Shown here: piece after piece, positions 1 to 9,670 of the stretch
How the letters are laid out: each line of letters begins with the position of its first letter
Position numbering within the stretch: the first letter of the stretch is position 1
NCBI GenBank assembly: GCA_001179505.1
Contig: CDMY01000742.1
Span: forward strand, 1 to 25,326
Reading direction: 5' to 3'
Origin: Vitrella brassicaformis CCMP3155
Lineage: Eukaryota; Protista; Chromerida
Length of the DNA: 25,326 nucleotides
The notes under the pieces: generated by a model
The model's input: the letters and a program-made list of their open reading frames with translations, nothing else
Database searches by the model: none
What the model was told of the DNA's origin: nothing
Program-made: the position numbers and the translations under genes

Positions 1-234
1 CGTCTCGCGGGATGAGGGTAGGTGGAGGGGGTTGAGTGTAGTCCGATACACGCTCGCTCATCCGAAAAGGAGGAGAAACAGCCGAGAAATCACCAACTCA
101 ATCATGCCAGTGACTGATTCTTGCTGCACAGTGGGTTAGTACATAGCTGGCCCACTTACGCGTCTGACCCGCTTATACGTACTACAGAGCTGACCCACTT
201 GTTCTCCAGCGACTTCTGGAGTGATTTCTCGCTG
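1..234 (-). mobile_element. Small non-autonomous retroelement, copy 1 (5' part; continues off the window to the left)
   Basis: 1-106 matches 3000-3105 at 102/106 nt. The GC-rich sequence continues to 234, where an AT-rich viral ORF remnant starts abruptly. 79-93 is an inverted match to 221-234, which ties 107-234 to the same element. Confidence 0.7.
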
Positions 235-423
235 TAAATATGAAAATATAATTGAACAACTAAATAATCATAATGAATACAAAAAATAATTGAAACACAT
301 TATACGAAATGTAAAATCAAGATTAAAGAAACTCCTATTACTGGATATGATGTATTTACACATTTTAATTATGAAGATTGTATTATGGAAATAACTAAAA
401 AAAAAGAATATTCATGCGACTAA
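235..423 (+). pseudogene. 5'-truncated viral ORF remnant
   Basis: Reads ..KYENIIEQLNNHNEYKK, then after a break ..HYTKCKIKIKETPITGYDVFTHFNYEDCIMEITKKKEYSCD*. There is no start codon, and it abuts retroelement copy 1. Confidence 0.4.
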
Positions 424-427
424 CAAA

Positions 428-754
428 ATGGAAGTAAGTATTGAATATTTATATAATAAATTCTTCAAAGAAAAGATGGAAGATAAACCTGATAACTTTA
501 CTTATTCTGGAGTTATGAAACTTAATGATTTGATTTATGATGAAGAAGAAGAATATAGCGACAATCCTAAATCTATTCTAACATATTATCATCAATATAA
601 ATTTATTATAATAAAAACTAATGAAGAAGAAATTGAAGTAAAAATAAGTGCCGACCCTATTTGGAGAAGTGTTGATGAAGTAGATGATAGAAGTGATGAA
701 TATGAAGAATATATGGAAAATGCAATAAATTATATTCAGAACTTATTTGAATAA
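428..754 (+). CDS. Viral hypothetical acidic protein (108 aa)
   Basis: Intact AT-rich ORF packed tightly between its neighbours; no motif recognised. Confidence 0.7.
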   Translation: MEVSIEYLYNKFFKEKMEDKPDNFTYSGVMKLNDLIYDEEEEYSDNPKSILTYYHQYKFIIIKTNEEEIEVKISADPIWRSVDEVDDRSDEYEEYMENAINYIQNLFE

Positions 755-786
755 ATATCCATTTAAATACTTTGAAGCATATTCTT

Positions 787-1317
787 TTAACGATATTTGA
801 AAATATAGACACGGAACCTCTCATTAAACCTATAATCTTTTTTCAATGTATTACTAGTTAAATATGTAAATTGATATTCATTTTCGACATCAGTAATATA
901 AAACGGAAGAGAGCAATATTCAAGAAATGGATAGTGATAATTTAATTCTATCTCAAATAATACAAAGTCTTCACTATTTTTCTTGGTTAAACCTATTACA
1001 TATCTGTTCTGCAAATCATCATTATCACTCTGCAAACAGTGAATTTTAGCATAATAATAACCCTGTGTACTAAATTTAAAACTCTTTTTTTCTTCTTCAT
1101 TGATAGTTAAATAATCAAAATCGATATTATTCAGTTGGTCAATTTCAATATCATATCTCGTTTCATTATCACAGTTAGCAGAATGGCCGACAAATGAAGC
1201 AGTGAGTATTGGGAAAGGTTGAATATAGTTTAATAGACCAGAAGGTTTTATTTCTTTTCCCCTGTGATATATTTTATCCGCAGACAAATTGTTTGTTACT
1301 ATCCAGTGTTTAGACAT
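787..1317 (-). CDS. Viral hypothetical protein (176 aa)
   Basis: Intact ORF. The AATATATATAGATAA motif directly at its ATG is shared with the gene at 2358. Confidence 0.7.
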   Translation of the reverse strand: MSKHWIVTNNLSADKIYHRGKEIKPSGLLNYIQPFPILTASFVGHSANCDNETRYDIEIDQLNNIDFDYLTINEEEKKSFKFSTQGYYYAKIHCLQSDNDDLQNRYVIGLTKKNSEDFVLFEIELNYHYPFLEYCSLPFYITDVENEYQFTYLTSNTLKKDYRFNERFRVYIFKYR

Positions 1318-1334
1318 TATCTATATATATTAAA

Positions 1335-1931
1335 CTATAATATCATCTTGTGTATAATTATTATTATTCTTGATTTTTTGTCGTTTTCTTTAAATTTGAT
1401 ATTAAAGAAATCAGTAAATGTCATGCCTTCAATGTTATAGTATTCCTCTTTATATATCAGTTCATCAGTGAGTAAGGGAGAAATAGCCAAAAACTCATCT
1501 TTATCTTCATCTTCTCCTTCCCAGATTTTGTAATGCAGTGTTCTTTCTTTTTCGATTGCAAGAGCAAATTTATCAGCAAGAAATTCATACATACTTTTCA
1601 TTTTTCTTTTAATAATATCCAGTTCATCGAATGTAACAATTGGTAAGGTAAAATTATCAGCAAACTCTATAATTACTTTAATAAATTGTTTATCATTAGA
1701 AGTAATTGCTTGTGATTTACAAATTGGACATTCAAGTATACCGTAATTATTGTGTGATAATCTTAAAGGATATTTTAAAGATGGGTTATGTAAAATATAT
1801 AAATATTTGCTTTCATCTTTTTCATCAAATTCTTTTACAGCATCAATACATTTCTGGCAAAATTTGTGATTACACGGAAACTTAAATTTCTTTTTTGTTA
1901 ACTTCGATAGACAAATGGCACAATCAGTCAT
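1335..1931 (-). CDS. RING-HC (C3HC4) finger protein, putative E3 ubiquitin ligase
   Basis: CAIC-x12-C-N-H-x2-C-x2-C ... CPIC pattern at the N-terminus, with an unusually long second loop. Confidence 0.85.
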   Translation of the reverse strand: MTDCAICLSKLTKKKFKFPCNHKFCQKCIDAVKEFDEKDESKYLYILHNPSLKYPLRLSHNNYGILECPICKSQAITSNDKQFIKVIIEFADNFTLPIVTFDELDIIKRKMKSMYEFLADKFALAIEKERTLHYKIWEGEDEDKDEFLAISPLLTDELIYKEEYYNIEGMTFTDFFNIKFKENDKKSRIIIIIHKMIL

Positions 1932-1967
1932 TCTGGATTATTGTTGTATTATAGTATATATTTTCAT

Positions 1968-2270
1968 TTATTGAAAACAATCCTCGTAACAGTCATAAAA
2001 GACGAAGAATGGATATTTTGGATGTCTGTATACACAGAAATCATAAATATTTATATTTTTTCCGCATTTTTTACAGGTTCGGTATTGCTTTTTTTGACAT
2101 TGTTTACATAAATGTATTCTGATAGTATTGAAATTAATTAGTTCAAAAATTGGTGCATTAATATTACAGACACTGCAAAATGGCCTAGCACGTTCTTCAT
2201 CAGGTTTTTCAACCTCTTCTAACATAAACTTATAGACTAATTCTATATCATATTCTAGATTTTCTATCAT
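1968..2270 (-). CDS. Small Cys-rich, probable Zn-binding viral protein
   Basis: Four CxxC-type pairs: CSVC, CKQC, CKKC, CYEDC. Confidence 0.6.
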   Translation of the reverse strand: MIENLEYDIELVYKFMLEEVEKPDEERARPFCSVCNINAPIFELINFNTIRIHLCKQCQKKQYRTCKKCGKNINIYDFCVYRHPKYPFFVFYDCYEDCFQ

Positions 2271-2665
2271 AATTATATAAATGTTTTTCTGGTTCCTTTT
2301 GCATACTTATACTATCACCCTTTAAATAAATAGAACACTTAATATATATAGATAAAAATGGAAACATATAACAAATTGGTGAAAGAGTTTAAAGAGAAAA
2401 TTGAGAAGTTTGTATTACGAGAGGGTGAGGTGAAGTATAAATATATAGAAGATTTAAAAATATATGAAAAAAAACCGTATAATTTAATTAAAAGTAAACC
2501 TTTTTATGTCAGTAGAGAAAAAGAAATATTTAAATTCGATTATTTTAAGTGTAAAGTATGCGGGATGAATGTGGCAAGAACAAAAAGTTATCTGGATAGA
2601 CAGGCAATTCTAAAGGAACTAAACGAAAAATATAATGGGAAAAGAATAAAAGCACCAAAATACAA

Positions 2666-3112
2666 GGGGGGGGAAACTGTCATTAACCGTAACACTCGTC
2701 TGTGTGTCCGTGATACTCATACAAATACAGTCCCATCAGCACGCAGAGTCAAATAGGCTCAAGGGGAGGAGGGATCAATCCCCGCCCCATCAGCACACCC
2801 CAGTCCCGCAAACCCTCCCCTCCCTCCCCCACGCAGACAGAAGCTAGTCGCACGCGCGAGAAATTTGTGCATGTGCCGCGCTTGCAGTTGAGACAGTTAG
2901 TGCAGAGGCGCTTGTGATTCCGGCAGTCACATCGTCGGCTGCATGTGGACAGCGCAGACGTCCCTTTCTCGTTGCATGCGCAACAGGGGGGCCCGCCGCC
3001 GTCTCGCGGGATGAGGATAGGTGGAGGGGGTTGGGTGTAGTCCGATACACGCTCGCTCATCCGAAAAGGAGGAGGAACAGCCAAGAAATCACCAACTCAA
3101 TCATGAGGGGGG
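2666..3112 (-). mobile_element. Small retroelement, copy 2 (447 bp, 5'-truncated), with 12-bp TSD
   Basis: Flanked by ACCAAAATACAA at 2654-2665 and 3113-3124. It is a GC-rich island in AT-rich DNA, shares sequence with copies 1 and 3, and has short G runs at both junctions. Confidence 0.88.
2749..3060 (-). CDS. Short Cys-rich ORF inside the retroelement (103 aa), possibly the vestigial N-terminus of a non-LTR retrotransposon ORF
   Basis: MSERVSDYTQPPPP...CCACNEKGTSALSTCSRRCDCRNHKRLCTNCLNCKRGTCTN is a CXC-like cluster of ten Cys. The family assignment is inference. Confidence 0.45.
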   Translation of the reverse strand: MSERVSDYTQPPPPILIPRDGGGPPCCACNEKGTSALSTCSRRCDCRNHKRLCTNCLNCKRGTCTNFSRVRLASVCVGEGGEGLRDWGVLMGRGLIPPPLEPI

Positions 3113-3406
3113 ACCAAAATACAATTATAAACAAGTTTTGGACATTTTCAGATTAGAGAATAAAGTATTTTATCAAAGTAATTACAGAGATAAAGAACAG
3201 TTTTACAATGAAGTAAATGATAGTAATTTAAACGCTATTAATATTAAGTATGTTAACAAATGTAATATATGTGCGTCTTGTTTAAAAGGAAGAATGCAGC
3301 ATTTCAATACAAAATTTAAATCTACAAAAGAAGAAATAAAAAAATGTTTAACGCTTGAAGAATTAAGAAATATAGCGACATTCATTAAACTTCCTAATCT
3401 TGAAGT

Positions 3407-3474
3407 GCTGATGGGACTGTATTTGTATGAGTATCACGGACACACAGACGAGTGTTACGGTTAATGACAGTTTC
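3407..3474 (+). mobile_element. Small retroelement, copy 3 (68 bp, severely 5'-truncated), with 15-bp TSD
   Basis: Flanked by TCCTAATCTTGAAGT at 3392-3406 and 3475-3489. 3405-3474 is the exact reverse complement of 2673-2742 (70/70). Confidence 0.9.
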
Positions 3475-3564
3475 TCCTAATCTTGAAGTTTGTTTAAAAT
3501 ATGGGACAGATAAACTGTTGGATGAAATGATTAAATATGAAAAGGGAAAAGTTAATGTTCTGTA

Positions 3565-4046
3565 TTAAATAATAGATTGTAAAACCTTTTTACCATTTTC
3601 AATTTCTTCATCAATTACTTTACTACATCCATAACAGATATTAGCAGATATACTCCATATTTCATCAGGACACATCTTAATATTATTACAACGAACACAG
3701 AAAGCCAGTTTTTCACAATTTGTGCATCTTCTCTTGTATCGGTGCGTAAATTCAACTTCTGGTTCTTCTTTGTTGCAAAAACTACATTTTTTTTGCTTCG
3801 GTGGAGGCTTTAAATTTTCATATTCTTGTTTGAAGCATTCTTTACATTTATAATTCAATCCATCTTTTGTAGATTTATCCTTGCTAAATTCTTTCTGATT
3901 TTTCATAGATTGACATGCAGTGCATTTCTTACAATAATTTTCATCTATTTCTTTATGCTGTCTTTGTTTACGCAGTGTGTTTCTTCTTTCTTTCCATTAT
4001 CACATTTTCTACGGTAATTCTTATAACCATTTCCGTATTTTCCATA
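3565..4046 (-). pseudogene. Viral multi-Zn-ribbon protein, frameshifted near its 5' end
   Basis: ORF 3565-3906 extends upstream in frame as ..YCKKCTACQSMKNQKEFSKDKSTKDGLNYKCKEC, a CxxC...F...DG...CxxC ribbon common in viruses. An ATG at 4046 (MEKYGNGY..) joins it through a one-base frameshift. Confidence 0.6.
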
Positions 4047-4237
4047 ATGTTTAACAAATTCAATGATATTTAATTTCTGAAAGCATCTATTGCATTCACG
4101 TGTTTCCATGTTTTCTCGATATATATATTATCTTTATAAATCTTTAAATAGTAATAACCCCTTATTTTATTTTTCCCTTTAAAGATATGGAATGCTTGTT
4201 TATATAGATTGAGAAAAATATTGATACCTTTAATATA

Positions 4238-7200
4238 ATGCCTCCGAGATTTAATTTGGAAGAACTGGCAAAGAAGCATGCAGTGAGAAAACAAGGGGCA
4301 TTTTTACAGAGAAAACCTAAAATACAGAAAATAGAAGGAATGGATGGAAAAATGATTAATTGGGTTGCTAATACTGAAAAATTACAATTAATGGGAAATA
4401 ATATTAACTATTTGACAAGTGAAATAAAAGAGTATTACGAAAAAGTTGTTGAGGAATTTAAAAGTGAAAATCCAAATTTAATAGTGGAAATAAATATTAA
4501 TTTTATTTACTATCCAGAAGAAGGACAAGGTGTAAATAAGAAAACAATCGAAAAAACACACAAAGAAAGTTGTAGTTCAGTTAATGTAATCAAACATGCA
4601 TTGGAAAGTGCTATGGAAAAGTCCGTAAATCCAAGTCCCAGAACGTTTTATTTAGATAATGTTGAAATATTAATAGACCGAGGACAACCAGAAAGTGGTG
4701 GATGTAGTGGTAGAGAATATCACACAACAACTGACCCGATACCAACTCAATTTCCTCATTTTGCATCGATAAAAGGTAAGAAAATAGCGATTGACCCTAA
4801 TACATTCATGCAAGTTGATTTTACAACGCCGAAAGCCAAAAATAATAACTGTTTGTTTGCAATTAAAAGTGGACGGTAGAGCAATAAAAGCAGACAAAAT
4901 AAGACAAGATTTAGGTATTTCAAAAAACGTGCCTATTCATATCAATCAAGTTGAAGACATATTTAAGTATTACAAACATAAACTTGGTTTTTCTCAATGA
5001 AAAGGTTACATTTTAACCGATATTTTTTTAAATCAATTTAAGCATTATACGGAGGACGATGGTAATGTATTGATAGAGTTAGGAGTTGTTTATGGAAAAA
5101 TTAATGAAGGTCATTACGTTTTGATTAACGACGCTTATGAAGTTGGATTTTGTAAAAAATGTAAGTCAGAGTGGCAAAGAACACATACCGAAGAAGAGTG
5201 TAGTAAAGTTAGGAATAAAAAAATTAAAAGAAAATCATTGCAAAGAAATGAAATAGAAAAGATACAAGATAGAGTAAAAATACTTAATGTGACAGATAAA
5301 AAAGAAATTATTTATAAATACGCATTTGTGGGTTTTGATTTAGAAACGAAACAAGGAAAAAGTCTTTTATACGATAAAAACGGAAAGTTAACGGACATAT
5401 ATGCGAATGAATACATGATTAATGGAGAATATCAAATGAATAAAGGTGAAGGTTGTTTTCAGATATTTGTGGATAAATTAAAATATTTGTCAGATAAAAT
5501 TGTAACAGCATTTAATGGATGCAGATTTGATTTCTATTATTTACTTTCTTATTTAATAAATGATGGGATAGAGATTAGAAAATTGATTATCAACAATGGA
5601 AGAATCATGAGTTTTGAATTTGGAAATAACAATACAGTGTTTGATATTAATTTATTTCTCAGCACTTCATTGAAAGAAGCCTGCAAAGCTTATCAAATTC
5701 AAAATGGGAATTTGACCATAAAAAAATACAGACATGGGAAGATGTGAAGAAATGGGAATTTGAGTGGAAACCATATTTAAAATATGATGTTTTGGCGTTA
5801 ATGGAATTAATTGAAACGTTTGGACATCTTGTGTATACTCACAGACAATGTAACATCACCAGATTTATGACAGGTAGTCAAATGACTTATGATTTGTGGG
5901 CATCGCAATTGGATATTAGTGATTTAATTTGTAAACCAACAGAAGAGGAAAATAAAGTTGATAGAGAAGCGACAAGAGGTGCTCGATGTTTGCCACATAT
6001 AAGAGATTACGAAAGTTCATTATACAAGTTAATTGAAGCATTTAACTGTGTTAAAGAATTCGATGAAAAGCAGTGTATTAAACGCAAAATGGATATGCTT
6101 ACTCAAAGAGAAAAAAATAGAATAAGTATTATTAGAGATGCTAAAACGGATGAATATTTATCCTATAAATCAACACCTTTTAAATACAAAAACAAAACAT
6201 TTCACACGTCACCTTATGATATACACATGAGTATTGAATATAGAAAAATGGAAGAAAATTTATACAGGTATATTCAAGAGAAAAAAGATTTCATGGTATG
6301 TGTAGATGTCAGTAGTTTGTATCCGACTGCTATGGCAAATTATGAATATCCAATTGGAAAACGCATAAAATCATTAAATCAAAAGAGAGAATTTGAAGAC
6401 GGAAAAATTGGGATATATTACATTGAATACACACCGCCGACCAATATTAGAGTGCCAATATTAGCACGAAAAACAGAGAAACAGTGATATTGCATAATTA
6501 CAGACAATGGTTAGAATTTCGTAGAGATTACAGGTTTGAAAGTCATTCACTTACATCGGAAAAAAACTTCTTACTGTGAGAGGAGAAAAGAAAGAAAATG
6601 AGAAGAAAATAACAAAGCCCTCATATATTGGAACCTTTATTTTAGATTATTCAAAACACATAATGTTACGATACACGAAAATTATTGACCCAACACTGCA
6701 AACTCCTGTTTTCTATTACACAGACACCGATAGTTTATATTTGGATTATGAAGCGTTTGAAAAAATTAAAGCATCTGGTCAATTTAAAATAGAGGAAACA
6801 GTTGATGATAAGGATGAGAATGGAAAAGAAGTGAAAGAAGACAAAAGAGAAGAACAGATAGAAATTAATAAAGCAAAGCAGAGGAAGAAACTGGGAAAAT
6901 TAGCAGAATGTATTGTTGAAGACATAGAATTAGGTATTTTGACCAATGATATTGATGATGAAGGATTAATACTAAAAGCACGATTTGATGCACCTAAATG
7001 TTATGTTTGTGAGTATGTAGATATGAATACCAATATTTGTTTTGGTGATAATGGAAAGAAAAGAATTAAAGGAATACCTTTAAAAGAAAAAGGAGCGTCT
7101 TATAAAACTTTTGAGGAAATAAATTATGTTGAAATGAAGAAAAATACAAATGGAAATTGGTATGAGACAGGTAAGAAACACAAGGTCAAAGATACGTATT

Positions 7201-7475
7201 TTTCAAAAATAGATTTGAGTGATGTAGAAATACAACAAGACGAAAAACATTATATTACTTACGATATGTATTTTACAGATGAGCCTACAGTAATTAAGTT
7301 GCCTAATAGAATTAAAAAAGTAGCATTTAATCGAACAAAAAATCAGTTAATGAGCGGTGTGGATATATTCAGTATATTATGCAATGATGAGCAAAAAACA
7401 TTTAGAAAATCATTCTTCGATAAAATGGAATTTAAAGATGGACAATGGTATCCATCAAATTATTCTACACAATAA
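4238..7475 (+). pseudogene. polB: Protein-primed family B DNA polymerase (probable terminal protein, vOTU, exonuclease, polymerase), fragmented
   Basis: ExoI FVGFDLET, ExoII FNGCRFD, ExoIII YLKYD, motif A DVSSLYPTAM, PSYIGTFILDYSK, motif C YYTDTDS and PKCY are spread over ORFs 4238-4879, 5070-5747, 5744-6487 and 6576-7475. There are several frameshifts, and motif B (KxxxNSxYG) was not found. Confidence 0.95.
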
Positions 7476-7490
7476 TATAATGATACAATA

Positions 7491-8591
7491 ATGCCATTAT
7501 CAGATAATCAGAAGAAAATATTGAGAGATATCTATTACAGTCCAGCAACCGGATATCAATCAGCAACACAACTATATCGTAAAGCAAAACAACAAGATAA
7601 AAGTATTACACAGAAAGGCGTAAAAGATTTTTTAAGTCGTCAAGAGATACAGCAGACATACATACAAGTGACGAGAGCAAAGGGTTTTAGTTTTATCGCT
7701 CCTCACAAGCGTTTTGAGTTTCAAATTGACCTTGTTTTTTTGCCCAATCCTCGATTTAATAATGGATACATCGGTTTATTGACTTGCATCGATGTATTTA
7801 CCAAAAGAGCGTGGGCTGTGCCTATTAAAGACAAAAAAGCAGGAACTATAGTAGAAGCATTTAAAGTAATACAGACAAAGCTAGGGAAACCAAATTATAT
7901 ATTCTCTGATTTAGGCAGTGAATTTTTGGGTGAATTTACTGAATATTGCAGGCAAAATAATATCACATTATTGAATTCCAAAAGTAAGTCCGTATTTGTT
8001 GAACGATGGCATAGAACGATTAAACTGATGATGAATAAAGCGTTGAGAAGCAAAAACTCAAAATCTTGGATTAGTATATTAAATGATATATTGAATAACT
8101 ATAACTCATCTTATCATACAACAATTAAAATGGCACCTAATAATGCTGTGAAGGCGGAAAACCAGGAAGAAGTCATGAAGAATATTATTAAGAGAGCACA
8201 CAGAGAGCATATTAAAATACCACTGAATAAAGGAGATAAAGTAAGAATTAGAATTGTAAAAAATGTATTTACCAGAGGGTTTAAACCTACGTTTTGAAAA
8301 GAGATATATGAAATTCAAGAGGTTAACGATAATATACCGATGACACCGTATAAAGTCAATGGAAATTATTTCATGAGGGCTGATTTATTGAAAGTAGACG
8401 CAGAAGGAGTAGAAAGAAATGTTCAACCCATGCCAATTACTGTGCAGGAGAGGCGAGAACGTGAACAGAGAATAACCCAATCAAAGCAACCTGAAAATAG
8501 GATTGGTACTCGTGCTTTCGCTAAACAGAAAGGTTTTGGATTGAAAACGCAAAGAAAAGAAGGAAGACTTGAAGATTATGAGGAACTTTAA
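7491..8591 (+). pseudogene. int: Retroviral-type (rve, DDE) integrase of Polinton type with an in-frame TGA at 8295-8297
   Basis: FQIDLV, LTCIDVFTKRAWAVP, FSDLGSEF and VERWHRTIK motifs. The N-terminus IYYSP..LY is typical of Polinton integrases. ORF 8340-8591 is in the same frame after RGFKPTF*KEIYEI. Confidence 0.95.
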
Positions 8592-8600
8592 TCGCATTCA

Positions 8601-8924
8601 TTAAAAAACACCTGACGAAAAGACAAATAGACTATATGATGATTTAACTATAAATGCTAATACTACAATAGAAACTATTGATAAAGTAAAATTAGATCGC
8701 TCTTTGACCTCTTTTGGAAATCCAATTCCAAAAATGAATTCAAGCACCTCCATAGCACTTTTATATCCCTTATCAAGTAATACCCAAAATTCATTTAAAA
8801 TCATCTTCAAAGTATTTCGTAGCATATCACCGAATTTAGGAATATTAAGTAAATCACTCAAATTTATATTACCTAATCCACCTCCTTTCCCTCCACCTCC
8901 TATTAAATCGCCTAAAAAATCCAT
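8601..8924 (-). CDS. Small predicted membrane protein (Gly-rich N-terminus, C-terminal TM helix)
   Basis: MDFLGDLIGGGGKGGGLG..., amphipathic middle, hydrophobic FTLSIVSIVVLAFIV near the C-terminus. Confidence 0.7.
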   Translation of the reverse strand: MDFLGDLIGGGGKGGGLGNINLSDLLNIPKFGDMLRNTLKMILNEFWVLLDKGYKSAMEVLEFIFGIGFPKEVKERSNFTLSIVSIVVLAFIVKSSYSLFVFSSGVF

Positions 8925-8943
8925 TTAGTTAATATATAAATCC

Positions 8944-9219
8944 TTATAAAAGAATAATAAACATCGTAGCATAAACACCAAAAGCAATTAATGCTCCGAT
9001 ATAAATGAAACCAAATACCGACAAAAATGTCTCCCAGATTTGATTAAATATGTCTTTAACATCATCAAGAATAACCTGTATCGGTTTAAAGATTTCTTTT
9101 ATCATATCTTCCAAAGCACCAGTAATATCAAACCCGCCACCACCTCCTCCTAAAAAACCTTTTCCTCCTCCTGTTATTAAGTCTTTGGCACTTCCTACGG
9201 GGTCAGTAATCCAATTCAT
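8944..9219 (-). CDS. Small predicted membrane protein, probable paralog of 8601-8924
   Basis: DLITGGGKGFLGGGGGG, amphipathic middle, hydrophobic C-terminus FLSVFGFIYIGALIAFGVYATMFIILL. Confidence 0.7.
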   Translation of the reverse strand: MNWITDPVGSAKDLITGGGKGFLGGGGGGFDITGALEDMIKEIFKPIQVILDDVKDIFNQIWETFLSVFGFIYIGALIAFGVYATMFIILL

Positions 9220-9620
9220 TATTCAGTTATTTCTTTATAGAAACGTATATAATTACATAATTGATTTATGACAAATTCTTTATCTCCGTCAAACTCCATG
9301 TTTTCCAACACTTTCTTTACAAATTCTTCCAGTTTATTCTCATTAATTATCGGGTCAAAAATCATTAAAATGAAAAGTCTAACTCTCATTACATTATCTT
9401 TAACGAATTTTGGTGTGATTTTCATTTCAAGTAATTCATCATAACTACATTTTTTCAATTCTTCTTTTGCTCTTTCCTTTAACGCATCGGGTAATTCACC
9501 GATACAAAACTTATCTAATTTTTCTTTGTTAATTTTACTATATACGTTGTCTTTAATAAACGCCTGTAAATTTTGTCTTCTCCTTAAATAGATTAATAAA
9601 TTCTTCTGTAAACATTTCAC
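9219..9620 (-). CDS. Viral hypothetical helical protein (true ATG probably 9615 with an early frameshift)
   Basis: 133-codon ORF starting at GTG. An ATG at 9615 in another frame (MFTEEFINLFKEK) overlaps its start. Confidence 0.6.
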   Translation of the reverse strand: MKCLQKNLLIYLRRRQNLQAFIKDNVYSKINKEKLDKFCIGELPDALKERAKEELKKCSYDELLEMKITPKFVKDNVMRVRLFILMIFDPIINENKLEEFVKKVLENMEFDGDKEFVINQLCNYIRFYKEITE

Positions 9621-9631
9621 TTAAATTTAAG

Positions 9632-9662
9632 TATATATATGTATATATATATATATATATAT
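9632..9662. repeat. (TA)n tract between divergent viral genes
   Basis: Directly visible. Confidence 0.9.
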
Positions 9663-9670
9663 TAAAATTA

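Larger units (their letters stand above)
2358..3568 (+). pseudogene. Viral gene (222 aa when restored) interrupted by two retroelement insertions
   Basis: Joining 2358-2665, 3125-3406 and 3490-3568 gives 669 nt in one frame: ...KRIKAPKY|NYKQVLDIF...IKLPNLEV|CLKYGTDKLLDEMIKYEKGKVNVLY*. It contains CKVC and CNICASC. Confidence 0.88.

Noticed and set aside
218-234. AGTGATTT as the left viral terminus
   Set aside because: The match to the right end is only 8 bp and does not continue. It is better explained as the retroelement's internal inverted repeat with 79-93.
2730-2800. Hammerhead ribozyme (Penelope or retrozyme type) at the CTGATGG repeats
   Set aside because: The core would need CTGANGA and a GAAA in correct stems, and these are not present.
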